The translations under genes and the position numbers were made by a program. A stretch of DNA of 64,000 bases from Planctomycetota bacterium. GTDB taxonomy: Bacteria; Planctomycetota; PLA2; JAEUHO01. Below the pieces are notes generated by a model, which worked only from the letters and a program-made list of their open reading frames with translations, searched no databases and was not told the origin of the DNA. The stretch's first letter is position 1, and each line of letters begins with the position of its first letter. This document shows, in pieces, positions 19,122 through 28,040 of this stretch. The stretch covers positions 1-64,000 of the forward strand of contig CBDCWP010000004.1 of assembly GCA_965223505.1 (NCBI GenBank), written 5' to 3'.

Positions 19122-20195
19122 ATGCGCATCGCCCTGATCGGACTCCGAGGCGCCGGCAAGACCACCGTCTTCAACGCCGTCGCCGAACAACCCGTCGAGC
19201 TTCCCGGCGGGTTCCAGACCGAGACCCACGTCCAGGTCGTCAAGGTCCGCGACGAACGACTCGAAGCCTGCCGCGACATCTTCAACCCCAAGAAGTTCAC
19301 CCAGGCGGGCCTGGAGCTCTGGGACCCGCCCGGCCTCGCGCCCGGCACCGCCGAAGCGGACAAGGAACAGCGCACCCGGCTCCTCTCCCAACTGCGTGAC
19401 TTCGACGCCTACGTCGTCGTCGTGCGCAACTTCAAGTCGGACCTCTACCCGTACGAGCGGCCCGAGGCCGATCCAGCCGCCGACGTGAAACGCGTCGTCG
19501 GCGAGCTCACGTCCGCCGACTTCGTCATCGCCGAGACGCGCGCGGAGAAGCTGCGCGAGAACATCCAACGCAAGGCGCGCTCGTTCGACCAGGACAAGCT
19601 CGAGCTCGCCGTGCTCGAGAAATGCCTCGAGAAGATGGAGGCCGACGAGTACCTCGGCGACCTCGAGCTCGACGCCGGGGACGCCAAGCGCATTCGCGGC
19701 TTCCAGTTCTTCGGCCGCAAGCCGTTCCTGCTGCTCGTGAACGGCGCCGACGCGGGGCCGGTGGGGCTCGGCGACGGCAGCGTCATTCCCTTCCGCGCGA
19801 CGATGACGATGGACGCGCAGATCGACGCGGAGCTCGCCGCCATGGACGCGGAGGACCGGCCCGCGTTCATGGAGGAGTTCGGCATCGAGGAAGCCGCGGC
19901 CGAGCGCTTCGTGCGCGAGGTGTACGCGGGTGTCGGACTGCGCTCGTTCTTCACCGTAGGCGAGGACGAGGTGCGCGCCTGGACGATTCGCGCCGGCGAC
20001 GACGCGGTCACCGCCGCCGGCAAGATCCACACGGATCTCGCGAAGGGCTTCGTTCGCGCAGAGGTGTTCCCGTACGAGGCGCTCGTCGCCGCCGGCAGCA
20101 TGCGTGAGCTCAAGGCGCAGAACGGCGTGCGTCTCGAATCGAAGGACTACGAGGTCAAGGACGGCGACATCGTCCACATCCGGAGCGGCCTGTAG
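19122..20195 (+). CDS. ychF: YchF/Ola1-family ATPase (divergent)
   Basis: SFFTVGEDEVRAWTI, AAGKIHTDLAKGFVRAEV, KDYEVKDGDI. P-loop GLRGAGKTT. Confidence 0.88.
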   Translation: MRIALIGLRGAGKTTVFNAVAEQPVELPGGFQTETHVQVVKVRDERLEACRDIFNPKKFTQAGLELWDPPGLAPGTAEADKEQRTRLLSQLRDFDAYVVVVRNFKSDLYPYERPEADPAADVKRVVGELTSADFVIAETRAEKLRENIQRKARSFDQDKLELAVLEKCLEKMEADEYLGDLELDAGDAKRIRGFQFFGRKPFLLLVNGADAGPVGLGDGSVIPFRATMTMDAQIDAELAAMDAEDRPAFMEEFGIEEAAAERFVREVYAGVGLRSFFTVGEDEVRAWTIRAGDDAVTAAGKIHTDLAKGFVRAEVFPYEALVAAGSMRELKAQNGVRLESKDYEVKDGDIVHIRSGL

Positions 20196-21410
20196 GTGAT
20201 CGCCGCCTCCATCGTCATCGTCGGTGACGAGGTGCTGGCGGGACATCGCGCCGACGCGAACGGACCGTGGCTGGCGAGAGCGTTGACGCGTCTCGGCGTG
20301 CGCGTGGATCGCATTCGCGCGGTCGGGGACGACGAAGACGCCATCGCAGGCGTGCTTCGAAACGCGGCCGCGGTCTCGCAGCTCGTGGTCTGCTGCGGCG
20401 GCATCGGACCGACGGAGGACGATCGCACCCGCGAGGCGCTCGCGCGCGCGGCCGGCGCGCCGCTCGGGGTCGACGACGAGGCCTTCGGGGCGATCCGGGC
20501 GTGTCTCGCGCAGCGCGGCGTTCCGGTGCGGCCGGTGCACGAGCAACAGGCGCAGGTGCCCGCGGGCGGGACCTGGCTTCGCAACGTCACCGGCGTGGCG
20601 CCGGGCATCGACGTCGAGATCGACGGCGCGCGGGTCGTGGCGTTTCCGGGCGTGCCGCACGAGATGCACGCGATGTTCGAAGCGCACGTCGAGCCGTGGG
20701 TGCGCGCGCATCCGGACCGTGCGCCGCAGGTCGAGCGGGGCATCTGGACCGCGGGCATCTTCGAGTCGGAGGTCGAGCGCCGGCTGCGCGAGCTGTCGGG
20801 CAGCGAGGGCGTGTCGGTCGGCTTCTATCCGCACGAGGGCGAGGTCGAGGTGCGACTCGTGGGCGCCGACGAAGAAGCGGTTACGCGGTTCGAGGCCCGC
20901 GCGCGCGACGTGCTGGGCGACCACGTGTTCGACCCGCCGCCGGGCGGGACGATCGAGCACGCGGTGATCGAGCTGCTGCGCGCCGTAGGCCGAACGCTTG
21001 CGACCGCCGAATCGGTGACGGGCGGGCACCTGGTGAACATGCTGACGCGCGTTCCCGGCGCGAGCGACGTGTTGCTGGGTGGTTGGATCACGTATGCGTC
21101 GGAGCAGAAGACGACGCAGCTCGGTGTCTCGGCGGCGCTGATCGAGGTCGAGGGGGTGGTGTCGGCGCCGGTGGCGCGTGCGATGGCGGAGGGGGCGCGG
21201 GCGCGCTCGGGCGCCGACTACGCGTTGGCGACGACGGGTGTGGCGGGGCCGGGCGACTGGGGCGACGTTCCGCAGGGGCGGGTGTTCGTGGGCCTTGCGA
21301 CGCCGGACGGCGGAAGCACGGCGCGGGAGCTGAATCTCCCGTTCCCCCGCGCGGGCGTCCAGCGCCGCGCGTCGGTGGCGGCGCTCGACCTGTTGCGGCG
21401 CTCGTTGTAG
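20196..21410 (+). CDS. cinA: CinA family protein (MoCF-like plus PncC NMN deamidase domains)
   Basis: VGDEVLAG, GGIGPTEDDRT, FPGVPHEM, ATAESVTGG, TTGVAGP. Confidence 0.93.
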   Translation: MIAASIVIVGDEVLAGHRADANGPWLARALTRLGVRVDRIRAVGDDEDAIAGVLRNAAAVSQLVVCCGGIGPTEDDRTREALARAAGAPLGVDDEAFGAIRACLAQRGVPVRPVHEQQAQVPAGGTWLRNVTGVAPGIDVEIDGARVVAFPGVPHEMHAMFEAHVEPWVRAHPDRAPQVERGIWTAGIFESEVERRLRELSGSEGVSVGFYPHEGEVEVRLVGADEEAVTRFEARARDVLGDHVFDPPPGGTIEHAVIELLRAVGRTLATAESVTGGHLVNMLTRVPGASDVLLGGWITYASEQKTTQLGVSAALIEVEGVVSAPVARAMAEGARARSGADYALATTGVAGPGDWGDVPQGRVFVGLATPDGGSTARELNLPFPRAGVQRRASVAALDLLRRSL

Positions 21411-21630
21411 GGGCAGCCCTTGTGGCTGCCCAAATGGGTGACCATCCGCTCCGAGGTGTCGTGCACGATCACGTGCACGATCACGTCCACGTGACGGATC
21501 AAACGTAGGGGCAGCCCTTGTGGCTGCCCAATGGGCGACCTGTAGGGGCATCCCTCGTGGCTGCCCAATTGGGCGACCTGTAGGGGCAGCCCTCGTGGAC
21601 TGCGCGGGCGACCACGAGGGTCGCCGCGAC
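21407..21630. repeat. Cluster of GTAG-type REP-like palindromes with an embedded CACG-hexamer tract
   Basis: GTAGGGGCAGCCCTTGTGGCTGCCC or variants at 21407, 21505, 21542 and 21580, plus an inverted copy near 21606. Same unit as 39617-40158. Confidence 0.85.
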
Positions 21631-21687
21631 GGCCATTCGACCCGGACGCGAGTGACGGGGGGGCCGCGTGGGCGTGCCGAACGGAGG

Positions 21688-21763
21688 TGGTTCCCCGGGG
21701 AGGACTCGAACCTCCAACTCTCAGATTCAAAGTCTGATGTGCTACCAGTTGCACCACCGGGGA
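21688..21763 (-). tRNA. tRNA-Gln (anticodon TTG) with encoded CCA
   Basis: Reverse complement TCCCCGGTGGTGCAACTGGTAGCACATCAGAC-TTTGAA-TCTGAGAGTTGGAGGTTCGAGTCCTCCCCGGGGAACCA folds into a cloverleaf with a GGTTCGAG T-loop. Confidence 0.96.
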
Positions 21764-21975
21764 ACGCGACACATCGCGAGCGATCGTACCTGCGCCCGGA
21801 GCAATCCCGAATCCGTAGCCGATCCGAGCCCCGAACCCGTTCCTGCTCCTCTCCCGTTCCCGAACCCGCTCCCCACCCCGCTCCCGCTCCCTCGCCCGCT
21901 GCTCCCTCTCCCGCCCTTCCCCTATCTCCCCATATGTGTTCGACTACCGCCCCCGGCCTCAAGGAGGAGAACACG

Positions 21976-22191
21976 ATGGGTCGACTGCTCGCATTCATCC
22001 TCGGGGGCGCGGCGCTCGCGCTCTACGGTCCGCACCTCTTCCCCGGTGACATCGCCGACAACGTCGAGACGTTCTGGCGCGATCTGATCCAGAGCGACGA
22101 CTGGTACGAACGCATCTTCAAGACCGGTCCCGGCCTGTTCGCCGGGCTCGCCCTGATCCTCATCGCGACGCGCGGCGGCGGCGGCGACTAG
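21976..22191 (+). CDS. Small (71 aa) two-TM hypothetical protein
   Basis: Strong AAGGAGG RBS, two hydrophobic segments, typical codon usage; ends 4 nt before glmU. Confidence 0.7.
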   Translation: MGRLLAFILGGAALALYGPHLFPGDIADNVETFWRDLIQSDDWYERIFKTGPGLFAGLALILIATRGGGGD

Positions 22192-22195
22192 GAAC

Positions 22196-23515
22196 GTGGG
22201 CGCAGCACGACCCCTCGCCCTGCTGGTTCTCGCAGCCGGCAAGGGCACCCGCATGGGCGGCGACGACGACGCGCCGCCCAAGGTGCTCGTGCCGTGCCTG
22301 GGCGTCCCGCTGCTCGACCACCTCCGGCGGGCCGTCGAACCGCTCGGCGCCGCCGAGACCGTCGTCGTCACCGGGCACCGCGCCGACCTCGTCGACGCCT
22401 GGCTCGGCGAGCACTGGCCCGGCGCCCGGATCGTGCTGCAGGTCCCGCAGAACGGCACCGGCCACGCCACCCGGCTCGCGCTCGAAGCGATCCCGGACTT
22501 CGACGGAGACGTGCTGGTGCTGAACGGCGACGTCCCGCAGCTGCACACGTCCGATCTGGAGCACCTGCTCGCCGCCCATCGCGACACCGGCGCCCAGGCC
22601 TCGCTGCTCACGGGCGTCGTCGACGAGCCGGGTCGCCTCGGCCGGGTGGTGCGAGACGCCGACGGCGCGTTCGAAGCGATCGTCGAGGCCGCCGACGCCG
22701 ACGCCGCCGTGCTCGCGATCAAGGAGTTCAACACCGGCATCTACGCCTTCGACGCGGCGGCGCTGCGGGAGGCCGTCGGCGGCCTCTCGACGGCCAACGC
22801 CCAGGGCGAGGAATACGTCACCGACGCGGTCGGCCTGGTCGACGGCGTCGTCACGCCGGTCCCGTGCGCCGATCCCGGCTCGCTCTCGGGCGTCAACGAC
22901 TGGGCGGACCTGGCGATCGCGACGTCGCTCATTCGGCGCCGGATCACCGCCGCGCACATGGCGCGCGGCGTCGTCGTCACGGACCCCGACACCACGGTCA
23001 TCGAGGTCGACGTCGAGATCGAAGCCGGCGCGACCGTCTTTCCGTTCTCGTACATCGGCAAGGGCTGCCGCATCGGCGCAGGCGCGGAGGTCGGCCCGTT
23101 CGCACGGCTGCGCAACGGCGCCGTGCTCGAAGCCGGCGCGCAGGTGGGCAACTTCGTGGAGGTGAAGAACAGCGTGCTGAGAGCCGGCGCCAAGGCGAAG
23201 CACCTCACCTACCTCGGCGATGCGGACGTCGGCGAGCGCGCCAACATCGGCTGCGGCACGATCACCGCCAACTACGACGGCAAGGACAAGCACCGCACGA
23301 CCATCGGTGCCGATGCGAGCGTCGGATCTGGTACCGTCCTCGTCGCGCCGGTGACGCTGCCGGAAGGCGCCCGAACCGGTGCCAATGCGGTGGTCTTGCC
23401 TACGACGAAGGCGCAACCGGGAGACACCGTGGCGGGCGTGCCCGCGCGGGTCGTCTCGAAGAAGAACGACGACGCGTCCGCGCCGGACGCCGAGAAAGAG
23501 GAGTCAAGCGCGTGA
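22196..23515 (+). CDS. glmU: Bifunctional UDP-GlcNAc pyrophosphorylase / GlcN-1-P acetyltransferase
   Basis: LAAGKGTRM, NGDVP, NAQGEEYVTD, GNFVEVKNS, HLTYLGDA, NYDG. Confidence 0.95.
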   Translation: MGAARPLALLVLAAGKGTRMGGDDDAPPKVLVPCLGVPLLDHLRRAVEPLGAAETVVVTGHRADLVDAWLGEHWPGARIVLQVPQNGTGHATRLALEAIPDFDGDVLVLNGDVPQLHTSDLEHLLAAHRDTGAQASLLTGVVDEPGRLGRVVRDADGAFEAIVEAADADAAVLAIKEFNTGIYAFDAAALREAVGGLSTANAQGEEYVTDAVGLVDGVVTPVPCADPGSLSGVNDWADLAIATSLIRRRITAAHMARGVVVTDPDTTVIEVDVEIEAGATVFPFSYIGKGCRIGAGAEVGPFARLRNGAVLEAGAQVGNFVEVKNSVLRAGAKAKHLTYLGDADVGERANIGCGTITANYDGKDKHRTTIGADASVGSGTVLVAPVTLPEGARTGANAVVLPTTKAQPGDTVAGVPARVVSKKNDDASAPDAEKEESSA

Positions 23516-24471
23516 GCGAACGAGGCCTACAGCTGATCGCCGGCAACGCCTGTCCCCAGCTCGCCGACGAGATCGCGCTCGAGCTCGGCATCGACCGCAC
23601 GGCCGCGCGCGTCGCGCGTTTCCCCGACGGCGAGATCGACGTGCGGATCGACTCGAACGTGCGCGGCGGCGACGTGTTCATCGTGCAGTCCACCTGTCCG
23701 CCGGTGAACGACAACCTGATGGAGCTGCTGCTGCTCATCGACGCGGCGCGCCGAGCCTCGGCCGATCGCATCACCGCCGTGATTCCGTACTACGGCTACG
23801 CACGCAAGGACCGCAAGGACGAGGGACGCGTTCCGATCACCGCCAAGCTCACAGCGAACCTGCTCGTCGAGGCGGGCGCGCAGCGCGTGCTCACCGTGGA
23901 CCTGCACGCGGCGCAGATTCAGGGCTTCTTCGACATCCCGGTCGATCACCTCTACTCGGCGCCGGTGCTGGCGTCGCACTTCCGCAACCAGCGTCTACCC
24001 GACTTGACCGTCGTGGCGCCGGACGTGGGCTCGTCGAAGATGGCGCGGGGCTACGCCGGCCGGCTCGGGGGCGAGCTCGCCATCGTCGACAAGCGCCGGG
24101 TCTCGGCGGAAGACATCGAGATCGGCGCCGTGATCGGCGAGGTCGAGGGCCGCAACGTCCTGCTCATCGACGACATGATCTCGACGGCGGGGTCGATCAC
24201 CGAAGCGGCGAAGCTCTGCAAGGACAAGGGCGCGACGTCCGTTCGGATCGCCGCGACCCACGGCGTCCTGTGCGGGCCGGCCCGGGAGCGCCTGCGGGCG
24301 GCGCCCGTCGAGGAGATCGTGCTGACCGACACGATTCCGGTCGATCCCACGGGGCTGGACAAGCTGACGGTGCTCTCGATCGCCCCGCTGCTGGCGGAGG
24401 CGGTGATGCGGGTCCACAGGGAGCAGTCCATCTCCGCGATCTTCAACCGCCGCGAAGAGGGCATGTCCTAG
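23512..24471 (+). CDS. prs: Ribose-phosphate pyrophosphokinase
   Basis: FPDGEI, PYYGYARKDRK, VDLHAAQIQGFF, DDMISTAGS. Confidence 0.97.
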   Translation: MSERGLQLIAGNACPQLADEIALELGIDRTAARVARFPDGEIDVRIDSNVRGGDVFIVQSTCPPVNDNLMELLLLIDAARRASADRITAVIPYYGYARKDRKDEGRVPITAKLTANLLVEAGAQRVLTVDLHAAQIQGFFDIPVDHLYSAPVLASHFRNQRLPDLTVVAPDVGSSKMARGYAGRLGGELAIVDKRRVSAEDIEIGAVIGEVEGRNVLLIDDMISTAGSITEAAKLCKDKGATSVRIAATHGVLCGPARERLRAAPVEEIVLTDTIPVDPTGLDKLTVLSIAPLLAEAVMRVHREQSISAIFNRREEGMS

Positions 24472-24524
24472 CGGACCGCTGGATGCTCGGTGGCGCAGCG
24501 GACCGCTGGATGCTCGGTGGCGCT
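24471..24524. repeat. 27-bp tandem direct repeat (2 copies)
   Basis: GCGGACCGCTGGATGCTCGGTGGCGC(A/T) twice, directly after the prs stop. Confidence 0.8.
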
Positions 24525-24780
24525 GCGTGCCGTCGTCCTTGCGTGGTGCACCACGCGGCGTCCTCCGTCACTTTGCGGCACCTTCGCCCCAGCGATCCGC
24601 TCGGGCGCAAGGAGCTCGGCCGGTTCCCGCCTCCCGTTTCCCGCATCCCGTGAGCACCGTCCGGGAATCGGGAAACGGTCGGATCCCCCCTCCCGATCCT
24701 GGGCCCCCTGCGGTCCCCCGCGTAACCTTTTTGCCCCTCCGCGCCGGCGAACGAACGCCTCGCGATGATGGACAGGTGCC

Positions 24781-25434
24781 ATGGATTTCTTTCAGATCAA
24801 CGTCGCGCTGCGCGAAGAGAACGGCACCGCTGCCGTCCGTCGCCTGCGCCGCGCCGGCCAGGTCCCGGCCAACCTCTACGGCCTGAAGCGCCGCAACCTC
24901 TCGCTCACCATCGGCGAGGAGGACCTGCAGCGGTTCATGCGCTCCGATAGCCACCTCGTCGAGCTCAAGCTGGGCGACGAGGCGCGTCCGGCCATCGTGC
25001 GCGAGGTCCAGATCCACCCCGTCACCGACGAGATCCTGCACGTCGACTTCACGCGCGTCGCCGCGGACGTCGAGGTCGAAGACCACGTCCGCATCACCTT
25101 CAAGGGCCGCGCCAAGGGCACGACCGAAGGCGGCGTGTTCAACGCGCTCATGGACGCGGTCCTGCTGCGCGCACTGCCGAAGCACCTCCCGCACGAGATC
25201 ATCCTCGATGTGACCGAGCTGGCCCTGGGCGACGGCGTCACCGTCGAGGAGCTCGAGCTGCCGCCGAACGTGACAGCCGTCTCGAACCCGGAAGAGATGG
25301 TCTGCAACGTCTCGACGCCGAAGGCGGTCGTCGAGGAAGAGCCCGTCGAGGGCGAGGAAGGCGAAGCCCCGGCCGAAGGCGAAGCCCCGGCCGAGGGCGG
25401 CGAAGAGACGCCGGCCGAGGGTGGCGACGAGTAG
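24781..25434 (+). CDS. rplY: 50S ribosomal protein bL25 (Ctc form)
   Basis: RRLRRAGQVPANLYG, QIHPVTDEILHVDF, acidic tail. Confidence 0.95.
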   Translation: MDFFQINVALREENGTAAVRRLRRAGQVPANLYGLKRRNLSLTIGEEDLQRFMRSDSHLVELKLGDEARPAIVREVQIHPVTDEILHVDFTRVAADVEVEDHVRITFKGRAKGTTEGGVFNALMDAVLLRALPKHLPHEIILDVTELALGDGVTVEELELPPNVTAVSNPEEMVCNVSTPKAVVEEEPVEGEEGEAPAEGEAPAEGGEETPAEGGDE

Positions 25435-25497
25435 CGCCGCCGCGTCGCACCGCACGGGCCCGTCGTTTCGGATGCGTCGAAGGGGTAGTCTGTCCTC

Positions 25498-26070
25498 GTG
25501 TCGCACATCCTCTTCGGCCTCGGCAATCCCGGATCGCGCTATGCCAAGACCCGGCATAACGCGGGCTGGCAGGTGCTCGATCAGCTGGTCGCGCGGCACG
25601 ACGCGTCCTTCAAGAAGACCCGCCTGCTGAACGGCGAGATCGCCGACGCGCAGTTCGCGGGCCGGCGCGTGCGCATGATCAAGCCGCACTCGTACATGAA
25701 CCTCGTCGGCGGCGTCTACTTCCGGGCGCTCGACGTGTTCGACGCGGCGCCCGAGCAGGTGCTCGTGCTCGTCGACGACTTTCAGCTCGAGTTCGGCCGG
25801 CTGCGCTTTCGTGCCGAAGGGTCCGCGGGCGGACACAACGGGCTGAAGTCGATCGAGCAGCGTCTCAACGACCGCGAGTACCCCCGCTTGAAGCTCGGGA
25901 TCGGCCCCGCGCCCCAGGGCGCGCGCTGGGCGGACTACGTGCTGCGGGGCTACGACGTCGAGCAGCGCAAGGCGTTGCCGGCCATGCTGGATCGGGCTGC
26001 CGACGCCGTCGAGGCGTGGCTCGCGGACGGCCTCGACAGTGCCATGAACCGCTTCAATCCGAGGGTCTGA
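25498..26070 (+). CDS. pth: Peptidyl-tRNA hydrolase
   Basis: GLGNPG, TRHNAG, GSAGGHNGLKSI, AMNRFN. Confidence 0.97.
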   Translation: MSHILFGLGNPGSRYAKTRHNAGWQVLDQLVARHDASFKKTRLLNGEIADAQFAGRRVRMIKPHSYMNLVGGVYFRALDVFDAAPEQVLVLVDDFQLEFGRLRFRAEGSAGGHNGLKSIEQRLNDREYPRLKLGIGPAPQGARWADYVLRGYDVEQRKALPAMLDRAADAVEAWLADGLDSAMNRFNPRV

Positions 26071-26315
26071 GGGCCGCCATCCGGGCCCGGTCGGCCGTCG
26101 GCCCCGATTCCGGCTCCAGAGGCCCGGAATTGGGCCTCCGGGCCACTGCTGTATCGGGTTGGGGCTCCGCGAGGGCTCTGGTACTTTCGCTCGCTTGTCG
26201 CCCGTCCGGGGGCCCAAAACTCCGGGAGGGGGTCCGGCCGCGTACGCGCCGGACGACGATCACGCGATGGATTCCTTCCGGCGCCGCACGCTGCGTCCCG
26301 AGGGCTGGACAGCAC

Positions 26316-26915
26316 ATGAAGATCAATCAGTACGAGGCCATGTTCCTCCTCGACAACAACGCCGCCACTGCGGACTTCGACGCGACGGCCGGCCAGGTCG
26401 ACGCCATCCTCGAGAAGCACGGTGCGTCGATCGTCCAGAAGGAGAAGTGGGACGAGCGCAAGCTCGCCTACGAGATCAAGGGCCATCGCCGCGCGACCTA
26501 CTACCTCGTCTACTTCACGTCGCCCACGAACGCGATCGACAAGATCAACGAAGACGTGGCGCTGAACGAGGTCATCCTGCGCCACCTCACGATCGCGCTG
26601 GACGAGCCGATCGAGGAGCACATCGAGAAGCGCGCCAAGGAGCGTGAGCTGCTCGCCGAAGACAGCCGCAAGAACTCCCTCGGAGGTTGGGGCGATCGTC
26701 GCGACCGTCGCAGCAGCCGCAAGCCCGGTGGCGAGAAGCCGGCCGCGGACAAGCCCGCGGAGGGCAAGACCGACGACGACAAGCCGGCGGAAGGCAAGGC
26801 GGACGACAAGCCCGCCGCGAAGGACGCGGACGCGGCGCCCGAGGCCGAGACGCCCGTCGCCGAGGCCGAAACGAAATCCGAAGACGTGAAGGAAGAAGCC
26901 GCGCCCAAGTCGTAG
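26316..26915 (+). CDS. rpsF: 30S ribosomal protein bS6 with long charged C-terminal extension
   Basis: YEAMFLLD, WDERKLAYEIK, VILRHL. Confidence 0.93.
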   Translation: MKINQYEAMFLLDNNAATADFDATAGQVDAILEKHGASIVQKEKWDERKLAYEIKGHRRATYYLVYFTSPTNAIDKINEDVALNEVILRHLTIALDEPIEEHIEKRAKERELLAEDSRKNSLGGWGDRRDRRSSRKPGGEKPAADKPAEGKTDDDKPAEGKADDKPAAKDADAAPEAETPVAEAETKSEDVKEEAAPKS

Positions 26916-26934
26916 GCGGCGGTAGAGAACCAAC

Positions 26935-27192
26935 ATGGCGAGTCAGAACAAGCTCAAGAACCTGAAGAAGCTCCTGAAGAAGCAGGGCGAGCGCGGAAAG
27001 TGCCGTTTCACCCGCGCGAAGGTGGAATACGTCGACTACAAGGACGTACCCACGCTTCAGAAGATGGTCAGCGCACAGGGCAAGATGTACGGCCGCAAGC
27101 GCACGGGAACCATGGCGCACTTCCAGCGCAAGGTTCGCGTCGCCGTCAAGCGTGCGCGCTACATCGGGCTGCTCCCGTACGTCGGACGCTAG
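26935..27192 (+). CDS. rpsR: 30S ribosomal protein bS18
   Basis: VDYKDV, GKMYGRKRTG, AVKRARYIGLLPY. Confidence 0.95.
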   Translation: MASQNKLKNLKKLLKKQGERGKCRFTRAKVEYVDYKDVPTLQKMVSAQGKMYGRKRTGTMAHFQRKVRVAVKRARYIGLLPYVGR

Positions 27193-27230
27193 AGCCGGCT
27201 GTTCAGCCAGGCTGCAAGGAGTCGAGAGAG

Positions 27231-27794
27231 ATGGCATTCGAAGTCCTGCTTCGCAGAAGCATCGAAGGCGTCGGCAAGGTCGGCGAGGTCGTGCGCGTCA
27301 AGAACGGGTACGCCCGCAACTACCTGCTGCCGAAGGGCTACGCCGCGATCGTCTCGGACGACAGCCTGCGGCAGATCGAGAAGGACAAGAAGGTCGAGGC
27401 GGTCCGCCTCGCCGAGCTCGCGAAGTACCACGCCGAGGTCGCCGAGCAGCTCGAGAAGACGCAGCTCACGATCGAGGCGCGTGCCGGTGAAGACGGTCAT
27501 CTGTACGGCTCCGTCGGCGTCAAGCACGTGCTCGACGCGTTCGCCGAGATCGACTTCAACTTCGAGGCCCGACAGATCCGGTTCGAGCCGGTTCGCGAGC
27601 TGGGCGAGTACGTCGTGCCGGTGCACCTGAGCCGCGACCTCGCCGTCGACGTGAAGCTCTGGGTGGTGCAGGACGCCGCCGAGGCCGTCGAGCTGGCCGA
27701 GGCCGCCGAGGCCGCCGCCGAGCGCGAGGCCATCGACGCCGAGATGGCCGCCGAAGAGCGCGCCGAGGAAGAGGCCGAAGCCGTCGGCGAGTAG
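27231..27794 (+). CDS. rplI: 50S ribosomal protein bL9
   Basis: GEVVRVKNGYARNYLLPKG, GHLYGSV. Confidence 0.95.
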   Translation: MAFEVLLRRSIEGVGKVGEVVRVKNGYARNYLLPKGYAAIVSDDSLRQIEKDKKVEAVRLAELAKYHAEVAEQLEKTQLTIEARAGEDGHLYGSVGVKHVLDAFAEIDFNFEARQIRFEPVRELGEYVVPVHLSRDLAVDVKLWVVQDAAEAVELAEAAEAAAEREAIDAEMAAEERAEEEAEAVGE

Positions 27795-28040
27795 CGTTCT
27801 CGGGCTTCCGAGCGCGAATCGGCGCGGCTTGCGCCCATGCGGGTCGTTCGACCCAGATCAAATTCGTTGTCGCACCCCCGGTGCATACTTGACTGGGGCT
27901 CCGCCCTACGGCATAAGTCATTATCTGACAAGGGGTTATGTTAACTCCTTGTGGATTGAGCGGTGAAAAGCCCGTTCAAAACCATGGGAACCGCCCTTCT
28001 CACTGCGGTGCGCGGGCGGGCGTCCTGGAATCAGCGTCCA

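Noticed and set aside
21688..21763. tRNA-Gln as an integration site for an island
   Set aside because: No integrase and no duplicated tRNA 3' end were seen in the window; the flanking genes are housekeeping.
24471..24524. 27-bp duplication as a mini-CRISPR or mobile-element footprint
   Set aside because: Two adjacent copies with no spacer; a simple tandem duplication.
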